Numbered from the stretch's first letter, positions 30,662 to 41,407 are shown. The stretch is DNA of 64,000 nt from an uncultured Bacilli bacterium (GCA_934096265.1 CAKOLI010000006.1:253-64252); one strand, 5' to 3'. Notes: generated by a model not told the origin, from the sequence alone. Program-made: numbers and translations.

Positions 30662-33600
30662 CCTCATTATTTTTATTAATCATATCTATAAGTACACTAA
30701 GAAGTTCATTTACATATACCAAATAGTGGGAAGAAAGCTTAACTGTATCTATTATAATAACTATTCTTCCAAATCTATAACTAAATCTAAACATCCTAGA
30801 AATCTCATAAGCTTTAACAAACAACTCTTCACCATCTACTTTACTAGAAATATCCTTAGGTAAAGTAATCTCAACATAATTCCTTGTTTGTTTTACATCT
30901 TTAATATTAAGTTTCAAAGCTAACTTTTCAAACCATTCCTCATACATGTAAATAACCATATCATTTGATACCCTACCAAACCTATCTTCAATCTCTGACT
31001 TAACATCTTTAAGTTTATCAAAACTATCAACCTTATTAATAAGCTTATGTATCTCTATCTTAATATCATCATCTACAGTATAATCATCAGATATATGAGT
31101 AGCAACTTCTATCAAAGGCTTACTATCTACATCATCACTACTATCATTAGAACTAGGAATACCCTTTAATTCCAAGACAGCATCATTTAACATCTTTAAA
31201 TACAAATCTATACCAACAGAATCAATAAAACCAGATTGCTCATCACCTAAAATATCTCCTGCTCCTCTAATAGATAAATCCCTAAGAGCTATCTTAAAAC
31301 CACTACCAAGCTCTGTAAACTCCTTAATCGTAGAAAGCCTCTTAACAGCTATATCATTTAATTCCTTTCTATTATTATACATCAAATAAGCATACCCTAT
31401 CTTATCACTCCTACCAATTCTTCCCCTAATTTGATATAACTGAGAAAGTCCAAAACAATCAGCGTCAATAATTATCAAAGTATTTGCATTAGGGATATCA
31501 ATACCAGTTTCAATAATCGTTGTACAAACCAAAACATCACTCTTATAATCAATAAAATCCTGCATCTTATTCTCAAGCGTCTCTTTATTCATCCTACCAT
31601 GTGCATAATCTATCCTAACTTGAGGCACTAATCTTTTAATCTCATCAACCTTCGTCAAAATACTATCAACCTTATTATATAAGATAAAAACTTGTCCCTT
31701 CCTTGCTAATTCCTTATAAATAGCATCCTTAATAACACTAACATTATATGGAAGTACATAAGTTTGCACAGGAAATCTATTAACAGGAGGTGTATCAATA
31801 AGTGCTAAAGACCTAATCCCCGCCATAGACATCTGTAAAGTCCTAGGAATTGGAGTGGCACTAAGTGTAAGAACATCAACATTAGCCTTATATTCCTTAA
31901 TTTTCTCCTTATGAGTAACACCAAAACGTTGCTCCTCATCAACAACTAACAAACCTAAATTCTTAAAAACAACATCATTAGATAATATTCTATGTGTACC
32001 AAACAAAATATCTATCTTACCATCATTAAGCCTTTGTATAATATTTTTTTGTTCCTTTACGCTTACAAACCTATTTAAAAGTGCTATATTAACTGGAAAA
32101 TTTCTAAACCTCTTTAAAGCACTTTTATACTGTTGATTAGACAATATAGTTGTGGGACACAAATAAGCTACTTGCTTACCATCATTAATAGCCTTAAAAA
32201 TAGCCCTAAAAGCAACCTCAGTTTTCCCATAGCCAACATCTCCACACAACAACATATCCATAGGCTTATTCTTTTCCATCTCCTCCTTAATCTTTTTAGA
32301 AGCAATTATTTGATCCGTAGTTTCCTGAAATTCAAATTCACTCTCAAACAACATCTGATTTTCATCATCAGAAGAAAATGCATATCCTTCCATACTTTCC
32401 CTAGAAGCATATATTTTTAATAACTTAGAAGCAATATCCTGCATCTTTTTCTTAAGTCTAATCTTAACCCTTTGAAAATCACCACTACCAAGCTTATTTA
32501 ACTTAGGAACAACTCCCTCTTTAGAAGAATACTTACTAATACGATCAATCTTCTCCACAGGAACATACAAAACATCACTACCAGAAAATAACAACTTAAT
32601 ATAATCTTTCTTAAAGCCATTCTTATTAAGTGTAACAAGCCCCTCATACATACCAATCCCATGAATATCATGAACTATATAATCCCCAACTTCAATATTA
32701 CTAACACTCTTAATCTTAGTACCAAGTTTAAAATTATTCTTAAACCTACTCTTATTTAAAACACTATCAAATATATCATTCTCACTTATAACAACATAAT
32801 CATTATAAATAAACCCACTATTAATATTTTTTAATATAAAATTAACATAACCAAAAACAATATCATTCTCATTACTAATAATTATTCTACTATCACTGAA
32901 CAAATCATATATCCTATTCAAAGTATTAATATTATTAAAACAAACAACAACAGTCTTAGAAGAAGAAGCATACTTATTTATATCCTCCTTAAACTTAGAT
33001 ACATTACTCTTATAATTAATAATAGAAGAAGATAGATATCTATGTAATTTAACACCATCTTTTTCCAAATAATTATCAAAATCTAATAAATACCTACTAC
33101 TAACATTATCCACATCACTTAACAAATTCATATAATTACCAGTATAATCTAAATCATTATTCTCCCTGTACTCTAACACCTCTTCGCATAACCTACTATA
33201 TCCACCCATAATCTGATTATAATCATAATAAACAAGTTCATAATCACCTAAGTAACCACCAATATTAGTAATACTATCACTATACTGCTTCAAATACTTT
33301 TGCAACCTCTTAACATCGTCTATTTCCTTATCTAATATAAATTCAGAAAAAGGATAAATAGTAATCTCATCCACAATATTAGTAGATAACTGGCTATCTA
33401 TATCAAAAAACCTAATAGAATCTATATCGTTCCCCCAAAACTCAATCCTAATTGGATTATCCATTCCAACAGGAAACACATCAATAATATACCCTCTTAC
33501 AGCCATCTCACCAGTCTTAGATACCAAAGAAGAAGCATTATATCCAAGATTATATAAAAAAGAAATAAACTCTTCCCTATTAATATTCATATTCTTAGAA

Positions 33601-33983
33601 ATTTTCAAAATAGATTTTTTCCACAATGACATACAAGGTAAATACCTAAGCCAACCTAAAAGACAAGTAACAACAATATACTTATTTTTATTATCCACAA
33701 GACTATTAAGAGTTAAAATTCTCTCAATTTTAAACTCAGGACTAATAGAAATAGCTTCACTTGTAATAAAATCATCCATTGGAAAAAGCAATATCTTATC
33801 CGTATAATTAAAAAGTCCCTGATACAATAAAGTAGCCTCATACATCGTATTACATACAACTAATAAATTATTATTACAAGAATTAAAATAATCATATAAA
33901 TATATATAATTAAGCTCCTTATTTAATCCAGAAATAGCCAAATAATCAAAATCAGTAAACATCTTATCAAACATAAACATCAC
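30654..33983 (-). CDS. mfd: Transcription-repair coupling factor
   Basis: 1109 aa. Superfamily 2 helicase motifs (GDVGYGKTEVA, DEEQRFG, LSATPIPRT), a CarD-like domain and a TRG motif. Confidence 0.97.
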   Translation of the reverse strand: MMFMFDKMFTDFDYLAISGLNKELNYIYLYDYFNSCNNNLLVVCNTMYEATLLYQGLFNYTDKILLFPMDDFITSEAISISPEFKIERILTLNSLVDNKNKYIVVTCLLGWLRYLPCMSLWKKSILKISKNMNINREEFISFLYNLGYNASSLVSKTGEMAVRGYIIDVFPVGMDNPIRIEFWGNDIDSIRFFDIDSQLSTNIVDEITIYPFSEFILDKEIDDVKRLQKYLKQYSDSITNIGGYLGDYELVYYDYNQIMGGYSRLCEEVLEYRENNDLDYTGNYMNLLSDVDNVSSRYLLDFDNYLEKDGVKLHRYLSSSIINYKSNVSKFKEDINKYASSSKTVVVCFNNINTLNRIYDLFSDSRIIISNENDIVFGYVNFILKNINSGFIYNDYVVISENDIFDSVLNKSRFKNNFKLGTKIKSVSNIEVGDYIVHDIHGIGMYEGLVTLNKNGFKKDYIKLLFSGSDVLYVPVEKIDRISKYSSKEGVVPKLNKLGSGDFQRVKIRLKKKMQDIASKLLKIYASRESMEGYAFSSDDENQMLFESEFEFQETTDQIIASKKIKEEMEKNKPMDMLLCGDVGYGKTEVAFRAIFKAINDGKQVAYLCPTTILSNQQYKSALKRFRNFPVNIALLNRFVSVKEQKNIIQRLNDGKIDILFGTHRILSNDVVFKNLGLLVVDEEQRFGVTHKEKIKEYKANVDVLTLSATPIPRTLQMSMAGIRSLALIDTPPVNRFPVQTYVLPYNVSVIKDAIYKELARKGQVFILYNKVDSILTKVDEIKRLVPQVRIDYAHGRMNKETLENKMQDFIDYKSDVLVCTTIIETGIDIPNANTLIIIDADCFGLSQLYQIRGRIGRSDKIGYAYLMYNNRKELNDIAVKRLSTIKEFTELGSGFKIALRDLSIRGAGDILGDEQSGFIDSVGIDLYLKMLNDAVLELKGIPSSNDSSDDVDSKPLIEVATHISDDYTVDDDIKIEIHKLINKVDSFDKLKDVKSEIEDRFGRVSNDMVIYMYEEWFEKLALKLNIKDVKQTRNYVEITLPKDISSKVDGEELFVKAYEISRMFRFSYRFGRIVIIIDTVKLSSHYLVYVNELLSVLIDMINKNNEAS

Positions 33984-34067
33984 CCCTAACGCGAAAAAGA
34001 TAGTTTAAAACTATCCACAACAGCAAAATACTAAACATATTATACCAAAAAAAGAAAAAAGAGTAAA

Positions 34068-34628
34068 TTACTTAGCATTATATTTACTCATAAGTGCTTC
34101 TTTAGGTAAAGTAACAAAATCATCTACTACATTCACAAGCCTACTATATACAGAATTAAGAATATCCTTATCAAAAGAAGAAATATGACCTAAAACATAA
34201 TCCTTTGCATCAATACTCTTATCCTTAGCAATACCAATCTTTAACCTTAAATATTTTTTACTACCAAGCAACATCTCAATATTTTTAATACCATTATGTC
34301 CCCCACTAGAACTATCATAAACAAATTTAACTCTACCTAAACTCATATCCATATCATCATGAATAACCAATATATCATCTAAAGAAACTTTATAATAATC
34401 AACAAACTTCTTAACTACCTCTCCAGACAAATTAATATATTTCATAGGCTTAATAAGTAATACTTTTTCTCCATTAATCACATACTCTAGATAACTAGCT
34501 CCAAACTTAGCATATGTAAAAACAAAATCATTATAATTAGCAATATAATCTACCACATCAAACCCAATATTATGCCTAGTATTCTTATATTCAACACCAG
34601 GATTTCCAAGACCAAAAATTAATTTCAT
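34068..34628 (-). CDS. pth: Peptidyl-tRNA hydrolase
   Basis: MKLIFGLGNPG..YKNTRHNIGF and GGHNGIKNI motifs. ATG at 34628 is preceded by GGGAGGA. Confidence 0.95.
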   Translation of the reverse strand: MKLIFGLGNPGVEYKNTRHNIGFDVVDYIANYNDFVFTYAKFGASYLEYVINGEKVLLIKPMKYINLSGEVVKKFVDYYKVSLDDILVIHDDMDMSLGRVKFVYDSSSGGHNGIKNIEMLLGSKKYLRLKIGIAKDKSIDAKDYVLGHISSFDKDILNSVYSRLVNVVDDFVTLPKEALMSKYNAK

Positions 34629-34667
34629 AATATCCTCCCAAACATCCAAATATACATAACCATTTGA

Positions 34668-35516
34668 TTATTTACCATTAATTGCATCATGATATTCCTT
34701 ATACACATCTGACTTAGGTACATGCCTATCCTTAGCAACCTTTTTAATCGCATCCATCATACTAATTCCTTGTTTAATATACATATTAACACTATCAACA
34801 ACATTAATATCAGAAAAAGCATTTATTTCCTTATTACCAGACACAACAATTACAAACTCACCTATAAATTCCTCTTTTTCTGAAAGTAACTTACTAATAC
34901 TACCTCTATATATACTCTCATATTTCTTAGAAATTTCCCTTGAAATGCTAATTTTTCTATCTCCAAATATCTCTAACATCAACTCTAACGTTCTTCTCAT
35001 TCTATGTGGTGCCTCATAAAAAATCATAGTATATTCATAATCAACTAATGAAACTAACTCTTTTCTACGCTTTCCTTCATTACTATTTAAAAATCCATAA
35101 AACATAAAAGGATTACTATCTAAAGAAGAAGTAACCAGTGCAAGAACAAAAGCGCATGCTCCAGGCAATGCAACAACATTATACCCATTAGAAGAAACAT
35201 AGTTTACCACCTTAAAACCAGGATCACTAATAACAGGCATCCCCCTATCAGACACAAGCCCTACATTCATCCCACTTTTTAAATTATCTAATACCTTAAA
35301 CTTAACCTTATCCTCATTATGATCATGCAATGCTACTAACTTCTTTTTAATATCAAAATGATTAAGCAAATTCAAAGTAACTCTAGTATCTTCGGAATAT
35401 ATAATATCAACCATTTTCAATATAGATACACTCCTAAAAGTCATATCATCCAAATTACCTATTGGAGTAGGTATTAAATATAAAGTAGGACTATCATCAT
35501 AACTCTTTTGCCACAT
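34668..35516 (-). CDS. rsmI: 16S rRNA (cytidine1402-2'-O)-methyltransferase
   Basis: LYLIPTPIGNLDDMTFRSVSIL...SEDTR and ISDPGF motifs. Confidence 0.92.
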   Translation of the reverse strand: MWQKSYDDSPTLYLIPTPIGNLDDMTFRSVSILKMVDIIYSEDTRVTLNLLNHFDIKKKLVALHDHNEDKVKFKVLDNLKSGMNVGLVSDRGMPVISDPGFKVVNYVSSNGYNVVALPGACAFVLALVTSSLDSNPFMFYGFLNSNEGKRRKELVSLVDYEYTMIFYEAPHRMRRTLELMLEIFGDRKISISREISKKYESIYRGSISKLLSEKEEFIGEFVIVVSGNKEINAFSDINVVDSVNMYIKQGISMMDAIKKVAKDRHVPKSDVYKEYHDAINGK

Positions 35517-35525
35517 ATAAACACC

Positions 35526-36248
35526 TCATTCCTGAAACATATCTCTAATCCTATCAGTATAACTACCATCATCATTATGAACATACAAAGGATCTAAAAT
35601 TTTAAGACCAGACTTACCATTCTTAACACCTTCAATTAATATCAAATTACATGTAGAACCATATTTTGAATACACAAACTGCACTTTTTTAGGTTCAATT
35701 CTATATTTTTGCATAATATTAATAATCTCAATAAGCCTATCTGCCTGATGCACCATTGCAAAAATACCATCATTATTAAGCAAATAACAAGCCTTAGCAA
35801 TAACATCATCAAGCGTAATCAAAATCTCATGACGGGCTACACATTTTACATAATTGTCATTAATAAACTTATCACTAGTATGTCTAAAATATGGTGGATT
35901 ACAAATAACAACATCAAATTCCCCTTGCTTATAATAAGAGGATATATTCTTAACATCATCATTAATAAGCTCAATCTGCTTATCAAAACTATTCTCTAAT
36001 ATTGATTGAACTCCTAAATCATACACACACTTCTGTACCTCAACACCAACTAACTTAGCATTAGTACGATATGACAACAACATCAATACCGCTGCATTAC
36101 CAGTACAAAAATCCATAATTTTCTTATCTTTTTTCCTAATAGTTACAAAATTTGCAAGCAAGACTGAATCTAACGAAAAATTAAACCATTCTTCATCTTG
36201 ATATATATATTTATTATTAAAATTAAGTAGTCTATGTTTAACCTTCAT
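35526..36248 (-). CDS. trmN6: tRNA1(Val) (adenine37-N6)-methyltransferase (YabB/TrmN6 family)
   Basis: DFCTGNAAV SAM motif and NPPYF catalytic motif. Position after yaaT as in B. subtilis yabB. Confidence 0.8.
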   Translation of the reverse strand: MKVKHRLLNFNNKYIYQDEEWFNFSLDSVLLANFVTIRKKDKKIMDFCTGNAAVLMLLSYRTNAKLVGVEVQKCVYDLGVQSILENSFDKQIELINDDVKNISSYYKQGEFDVVICNPPYFRHTSDKFINDNYVKCVARHEILITLDDVIAKACYLLNNDGIFAMVHQADRLIEIINIMQKYRIEPKKVQFVYSKYGSTCNLILIEGVKNGKSGLKILDPLYVHNDDGSYTDRIRDMFQE

Positions 36249-37020
36249 CAGATACCTCTACTTCCACTATACCAACTTCTTCTACAAAAACCTTATACTT
36301 CCTATTAAATATATCTAAAGATATAACCTTACCAGAACCACTAGAAGTAGATACATATTGACCTACCTGAGGCATACCCTTTCTATAATCATAATAACAT
36401 TCGTCTTCATATTTTAAACAACACAAAAGTCTACCACATAAACCATTAATTTTACTTGGATTTAACGCCAAAAATTGGTTTTTTGCCATATTAATAGACA
36501 CACTATCAAAATCATTCAAAAATGTAGAACAACACAAAATCCTACCACAAGGCCCTAAGCCTCCTACTTCTCTAGCTTTATCTCGAATACCAATTTGACG
36601 AAGTTCTATCCTTGTTTTAAATATAGTTCCCAATTCCTTTGCTAAATTTCTAAAATCAACCCTATCTAATGAAGTAAATCTAAATAACAACTGACTCCTA
36701 TCAAATGAATAACACGCATCTGTAACAGACATATCTAACTTATTTTTTAAAATTAAAGATTTACAAGTACTTATGGCCTTCTTTGCATCTTTCAAATTAT
36801 TTAAATGCTGTAAATAATCTTTCTTAGTAGATACTCTAATTATCTTTCTATAATCATAATCGCTAGCCTTTGCATTATCCACAAATTGTACAACCTTACC
36901 AAACTGCAAACCCTTATCAGTATCCACAATAACAGTTAAATTCTTTTTCAACTTTAAACCATTCGCATCAAAATAACATTTACCATTACTACCATCAAAT
37001 ACAACACCAACTAAATTCAT
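36238..37020 (-). CDS. ricT: PSP1-domain protein RicT/YaaT
   Basis: PSP1 C-terminal cysteine pattern (GPCGRILCCSTFL...CGRLLCCLKYE). Follows holB. Confidence 0.88.
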   Translation of the reverse strand: MNLVGVVFDGSNGKCYFDANGLKLKKNLTVIVDTDKGLQFGKVVQFVDNAKASDYDYRKIIRVSTKKDYLQHLNNLKDAKKAISTCKSLILKNKLDMSVTDACYSFDRSQLLFRFTSLDRVDFRNLAKELGTIFKTRIELRQIGIRDKAREVGGLGPCGRILCCSTFLNDFDSVSINMAKNQFLALNPSKINGLCGRLLCCLKYEDECYYDYRKGMPQVGQYVSTSSGSGKVISLDIFNRKYKVFVEEVGIVEVEVSDEG

Positions 37021-37901
37021 AACTCACCACCTAACTTTATAACCAAATTATCCACAAACAAAGAAAGATTAGCATTACTTTTAATTTCCTCCCTAGCAAT
37101 TACTAACATTGTAATCTTATTAAGTAATTTATCCAAGTTATTATTACTTACTATATCACTAATCACATCATAATAATCCCCATACTTATCAGTCTTCTTA
37201 CCTAAAAAACAATACAAAATATTCATATATATATCAATAATTACATCCATTACATCTAAAGAATCATTTCTACTACTGAACAAATCAGGCCAATATAATT
37301 TATAATAAATAATAGTATTATACTTATTAAATTCTAAATATCTAACAAAATCAAATATATCTTTAATATGCAAATTACTATTGGAATTAACAGCATAACT
37401 ATTATTAAGTTTAATATATTGACACCTAGATTTAATAGTATCTAATATTAAATTAACATTATTTGTAAGTAAAAAAGCAATAATATCATCTTCTGGCTCT
37501 TCCAAAAACTTAAGCATAGTATTCGCTGCACTCAAATTTAATTTTTCTGCTTCATTTATTATATAAATTTTTTTACTATTATCAATACTTTTCATACTAA
37601 ATTCTTTTTGCAGATTAAGTAACTGTTCTTTTTTTATCCACATACCATCCGAATTAATAATTTTAAAAGATGTATATGCATTATCATCAATATAATGACA
37701 AATTTTACAATTAACATCATTACATTTACCCTTACACCTAAATGGACACAAAATATATTTAACAAAATCTATCACTATATTTAGCCCATCAGCATTATTA
37801 TTAACATCAATTAAATATGCATGTGATAGCCTATTAGCACAACATTCATTTACAAGCGTATTATAAATATTGGCTTGTCCATCCTTATACTTATCTATCA
37901 T
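37017..37901 (-). CDS. holB: DNA polymerase III delta' subunit
   Basis: RLSHAYL start, Cys-rich insert, NTMLKFLEEPE and SRCQ motifs. Confidence 0.85.
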   Translation of the reverse strand: MIDKYKDGQANIYNTLVNECCANRLSHAYLIDVNNNADGLNIVIDFVKYILCPFRCKGKCNDVNCKICHYIDDNAYTSFKIINSDGMWIKKEQLLNLQKEFSMKSIDNSKKIYIINEAEKLNLSAANTMLKFLEEPEDDIIAFLLTNNVNLILDTIKSRCQYIKLNNSYAVNSNSNLHIKDIFDFVRYLEFNKYNTIIYYKLYWPDLFSSRNDSLDVMDVIIDIYMNILYCFLGKKTDKYGDYYDVISDIVSNNNLDKLLNKITMLVIAREEIKSNANLSLFVDNLVIKLGGEL

Positions 37902-37912
37902 TAAACCACCAA

Positions 37913-38104
37913 CTAACTAAAAAATACAACAACAATAATAAATAACCCAACAAGCGAAGGAAAACCTAACACCGACACCAACAAAAGAGTAAAAACATTA
38001 ATAGGTATCTGCAAATTAATTGGTGAGGCAATAACATTATATCCATATATTAAAATTGCTGCAAAAACAATTCTTTTAATTACATTAAAAAGCTTTTTTA
38101 TCAT
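37913..38104 (-). CDS. bofA: Pro-sigmaK processing inhibitor BofA
   Basis: 63-aa two-helix membrane protein. LQIPINVFTLLLVSVLGFPSLVGLFII parallels B. subtilis BofA IHVPINLVTTAISGILGIPGIAALVVI (recalled). Located after recR as in B. subtilis. Confidence 0.7.
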   Translation of the reverse strand: MIKKLFNVIKRIVFAAILIYGYNVIASPINLQIPINVFTLLLVSVLGFPSLVGLFIIVVVFFS

Positions 38105-38142
38105 AATATCACCTAGTAAAAATTATGAATATTATATAATTA

Positions 38143-38742
38143 TTATGATATATTTATTCTTTCTTCAAACGCAATTTCCAAAGTCATATTATCCAAATAT
38201 TCCATTTCAGCACCAAGTGGAACACCACTAGCAATCCTTGAAATCTTAACATTAACACCATCTAACATCTTTTTGATATATTGCATCGTTGTTTCTCCTT
38301 CAATACTAGGTTTAAGAGCCAACACAACTTCTTTAACCGAAGAAGTACGAATTCTATCAATTAACTTATCTATATTAATATCTTCAGGACTAACTCCATT
38401 TAGTGGCGAAATAAGACCATCTAACACATGATAATATCCATTAAAAATACCAATCTTTTCAAACAATACAATATCTTTAAAATTTTCTACAACAAAAAGA
38501 ATATCAGAATTTCTGTTCTTATTTTTACATATGATACATTCTTCTCCATCACAAATATTATTACATATCTTACACCTACCAATGTTATCTCTAACATCAA
38601 TAATAGAAGAAGCAAACTCAGTAAGATCATCTTTTTCAAAATTTAACAAAGAAAACGCTAATCTCTCAGCAGTTTTATCGCCTATACCAGGTAAACTCTT
38701 AAACGAATCAATTAGCCTTTTTATATTATCAGGATATATCAT
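38143..38742 (-). CDS. recR: Recombination protein RecR
   Basis: LPGIGDKTAERLAF HhH motif, C4 zinc finger (CKICNNICDGEECIIC) and a Toprim domain. Confidence 0.95.
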   Translation of the reverse strand: MIYPDNIKRLIDSFKSLPGIGDKTAERLAFSLLNFEKDDLTEFASSIIDVRDNIGRCKICNNICDGEECIICKNKNRNSDILFVVENFKDIVLFEKIGIFNGYYHVLDGLISPLNGVSPEDINIDKLIDRIRTSSVKEVVLALKPSIEGETTMQYIKKMLDGVNVKISRIASGVPLGAEMEYLDNMTLEIAFEERINIS

Positions 38743-39038
38743 TATAACATTCCCGCTAATCCTTGATACTTACTTAATTTTTTCTCCTTATCCAAATCAG
38801 CTTTTTTTACAGCATCATTAGTTGCAACAACAATCATATCTTCTAAAAGGTCCAAATCATCTTTTTCAAATTCTTCTTTATTATTAATACTAACTTTTAG
38901 TACCTCTTTTTTTCCATTAATTATAATTTTTACTAAAGCAGAATTACCTTCATACTCTGTATTTTCCAATTCATTTTGTATTCTTTGAATATCCTTTTGC
39001 ATTTGTTGAGCTTGTCTCATTATATTTTGCATATTCAT
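38742..39038 (-). CDS. ybaB: Nucleoid-associated protein YbaB/EbfC
   Basis: MNMQNIMRQAQQMQKDIQRIQNELE... ATG at 39038 is preceded by AGGAGGTG. dnaX-ybaB-recR synteny. Confidence 0.92.
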   Translation of the reverse strand: MNMQNIMRQAQQMQKDIQRIQNELENTEYEGNSALVKIIINGKKEVLKVSINNKEEFEKDDLDLLEDMIVVATNDAVKKADLDKEKKLSKYQGLAGML

Positions 39039-39050
39039 AATATACACCTC

Positions 39051-40790
39051 CTACTTATATTCTATTATATCACTACCAACAATATTAATTAAGTCATTAA
39101 TATCATTATTTACATTTTTTTGCACTAATTCATCACTAGAATTTATACTATCGTCAACTTGTAACTCATCAATATATTTATATTGTATATTAGATTTTTT
39201 ATTTTTAACAAAGTTATTTTTTTCAACAAGCCACTCATTCTCGTTAAGTCCAATAACCAAGTAATTTTTATTTAAAACTTTTTTCAACAAACTACTAACA
39301 TCATCAGTACACTGATTCAATCTATCAGTAACGGAAATATTATTACCCACAATTATTATGTTATTAGAACCAGCTGCAACTGGTGTAGAGTCTTGTAAAA
39401 CACCTGCTATTACACCAAGATCATCATTCAATACATAATCAGCAATATTACTCCATTTTGCTTTTACAGCCGCCAACTCTTCCTTATTAGCAGTGGCAAA
39501 GGTATTATTAATTCTAATTTTTTTAATATCGTCTGATAAAGAGTTACTTCTTTCTACATTTAAAGCATTTGTATCATTATTAGCTACAAAATTATTTCCC
39601 GGGAAATAATTTGTATTATACTTTACTTTGGGAAATAATTTTATTTCCCGAGTTTCATTCTCACTATTTTGGGAAATATTTTTATTTCCCAAATCTTCAT
39701 CTTTCAAATCATTATTTAATTTCGATGACATTTTAATCAAAAAGACTTGAATCATAATTTTTGGATAAGAAGTATTTTTAATATTAAATGACAATTGATT
39801 TGCAGAGTCAATAAACATATACAAAAATTCTTCATTTACAAAATTTTTTAATTCTTTCAATTTTTCATTTTTATAGTTTTCCACAGGCAAGTTAGGAGCA
39901 ACAATACTTATTAACAAATCTTTAGCAACAGCAATCAATTCATCAACTATTCTAAGCATATTTTTGCCTTTAATATCACATGTATCAATAAAATTAACAA
40001 TTTCTAAAACATTATGATGATACATATTAGTAAACAAATTACAAATATCTGAAAAAGATATACTTCCATTAATCTCATACACATCATCTATAGTAACGAC
40101 TTCTCCTTTAGAAGAAATTAACTGGTCTAACATATTAATTGAATCACGCATACCACCATCTGAAAAAATTGCTATTTGTTTTAATAATTCTTCATCTATA
40201 TTTATACCTTCTAAATTAATAATTCTTTTTAAGTTTTCCACAATGTTTTCCACAGATATACGACTAAAATTAAATTTTTGACATCTTGATAAAATAGTAG
40301 CTGGTATTTTTTGTTCTTCAGTAGTAGCTAAAATAAATATTACATGTCTAGGTGGTTCTTCAAGAGTTTTCAACAATGCATTAAATGCACCTATTGAAAG
40401 CATATGTACCTCATCTATAATATAAACTTTATATTTTGATATTGAAGGAACAAGATTAATTTTATCTCTAATTTCCCTTATTTCATCAACTCCATTATTA
40501 GATGCAGCATCAATCTCAATAATATCGTCATTACAATTATTTGCAATACTTATACAACTTTCACATTTTCCACAGGGTTCTCCGTTAATTGGATTTAAAC
40601 AATTAACCATTTTGGCTATTAATTTTGCTGTTGTTGTTTTACCTGTACCACGCGGACCACAAAACAAATAAGCATGAGTAATTTTATTATTAATAATAGC
40701 ATTTTGGATAGTTTCCACAATCATATTTTGACCTGCAATTTCACTAAACTTTTTAGGTCTATATTTTCTATACAAAGCTAAGTATTCCAC
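39051..40790 (-). CDS. dnaX: DNA polymerase III gamma/tau subunit
   Basis: GPRGTGKTT Walker A, zinc module CGKCESC, DEVHML and SRCQ motifs. GTG start is preceded by AGGAGGTG. Asn-rich variable C-terminal half. Confidence 0.95.
   Translation of the reverse strand: MEYLALYRKYRPKKFSEIAGQNMIVETIQNAIINNKITHAYLFCGPRGTGKTTTAKLIAKMVNCLNPINGEPCGKCESCISIANNCNDDIIEIDAASNNGVDEIREIRDKINLVPSISKYKVYIIDEVHMLSIGAFNALLKTLEEPPRHVIFILATTEEQKIPATILSRCQKFNFSRISVENIVENLKRIINLEGINIDEELLKQIAIFSDGGMRDSINMLDQLISSKGEVVTIDDVYEINGSISFSDICNLFTNMYHHNVLEIVNFIDTCDIKGKNMLRIVDELIAVAKDLLISIVAPNLPVENYKNEKLKELKNFVNEEFLYMFIDSANQLSFNIKNTSYPKIMIQVFLIKMSSKLNNDLKDEDLGNKNISQNSENETREIKLFPKVKYNTNYFPGNNFVANNDTNALNVERSNSLSDDIKKIRINNTFATANKEELAAVKAKWSNIADYVLNDDLGVIAGVLQDSTPVAAGSNNIIIVGNNISVTDRLNQCTDDVSSLLKKVLNKNYLVIGLNENEWLVEKNNFVKNKKSNIQYKYIDELQVDDSINSSDELVQKNVNNDINDLINIVGSDIIEYK
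39592..39690. promoter_or_regulatory. Cluster of Noc-binding-site (NBS) sequences inside the dnaX coding sequence
   Basis: Exact TATTTCCCGGGAAATA at 39593-39608. Everted half-site pairs GGGAAATAATTTTATTTCCC at 39630-39649 and GGGAAATATTTTTATTTCCC at 39671-39690. Confidence 0.6.
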
Positions 40791-40823
40791 AATGCACCTC
40801 CTGTAGATATTATAACATACTTT

Positions 40824-40851
40824 TTAAAGAAAAAAGGCATATCATTGCCTT
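40824..40851 (-). terminator. Weak hairpin plus T-run between tadA and dnaX
   Basis: Minus strand AAGGCA-ATGATA-TGCCTT followed by TTTTCTTT. A TATAAT-containing segment precedes the dnaX RBS. Confidence 0.3.
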
Positions 40852-41303
40852 CATTGCCTTTTTTCTTTAAAAAAATCACTCAATATCTTAACATATTTTT
40901 CATTATGCACAGGGCCAATCACCTCTACTCCTGCATCTTCTAATATTTCTTTGTATTTATAATTTTTATCATTAATAATTCCAAAAACAACCTTAGATAT
41001 ACGAGCTTCAATTATAACACCTATACACATCAAACAAGGAAAAACTGTAACATACAGTATAGAACCATTAATTCGCCAATCTCCTATAAGTTCGCACATA
41101 GAACAAATTGCATTAATTTCTGCATGTCTTAAAACCAACTTGGTATTATATTTATCATTATATCCACAAGTAACTTTATTTTTAAAAACTAAAACTGAAC
41201 CAATAGGTACATCATCATTTTCATATGCTTTTTGAGCCATTAAAAAAGCTAAATCTAAATATTTTTCATCATAACTATTACTTTTTTTTATAGTGCAACT
41301 CAC
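40851..41303 (-). CDS. tadA: tRNA-specific adenosine deaminase
   Basis: HAEINAI and PCLMC zinc-binding motifs. GTG start. Confidence 0.92.
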   Translation of the reverse strand: MSCTIKKSNSYDEKYLDLAFLMAQKAYENDDVPIGSVLVFKNKVTCGYNDKYNTKLVLRHAEINAICSMCELIGDWRINGSILYVTVFPCLMCIGVIIEARISKVVFGIINDKNYKYKEILEDAGVEVIGPVHNEKYVKILSDFFKEKRQ

Positions 41304-41324
41304 TCAATCTTCAACTCCTAAAAA

Positions 41325-41403
41325 AAATAGTGCACATATTAAGAGGCTAGTTAAGCTGCTATTTTCCAATCCTGACTTGTTACTAGCATTAATATTGCAC
41401 TAC
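41325..41403 (-). ncRNA. ffs: Short (4.5S-type) signal recognition particle RNA
   Basis: Minus strand AGTGCAATATTAATGCTAGTAACAAGTCAGGATTGGAAAATAGCAGCTTAACTAGCCTCTTAATATGTGCACT folds as one long hairpin. Its apex GTCAGG-ATT-GGAA-AAT-AGCAGC matches the conserved domain IV GUCAGGUCCGGAAGGAAGCAGC. It is followed by ATTTTTTTT. In B. subtilis scr lies in the same neighbourhood, between tadA and dnaX. Confidence 0.65.
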
Positions 41404-41407
41404 TAAT

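Noticed and set aside
30645-30863. 72-aa plus-strand ORF after ppa
   Set aside because: It lies entirely antisense to the 3' end of mfd and has no RBS.
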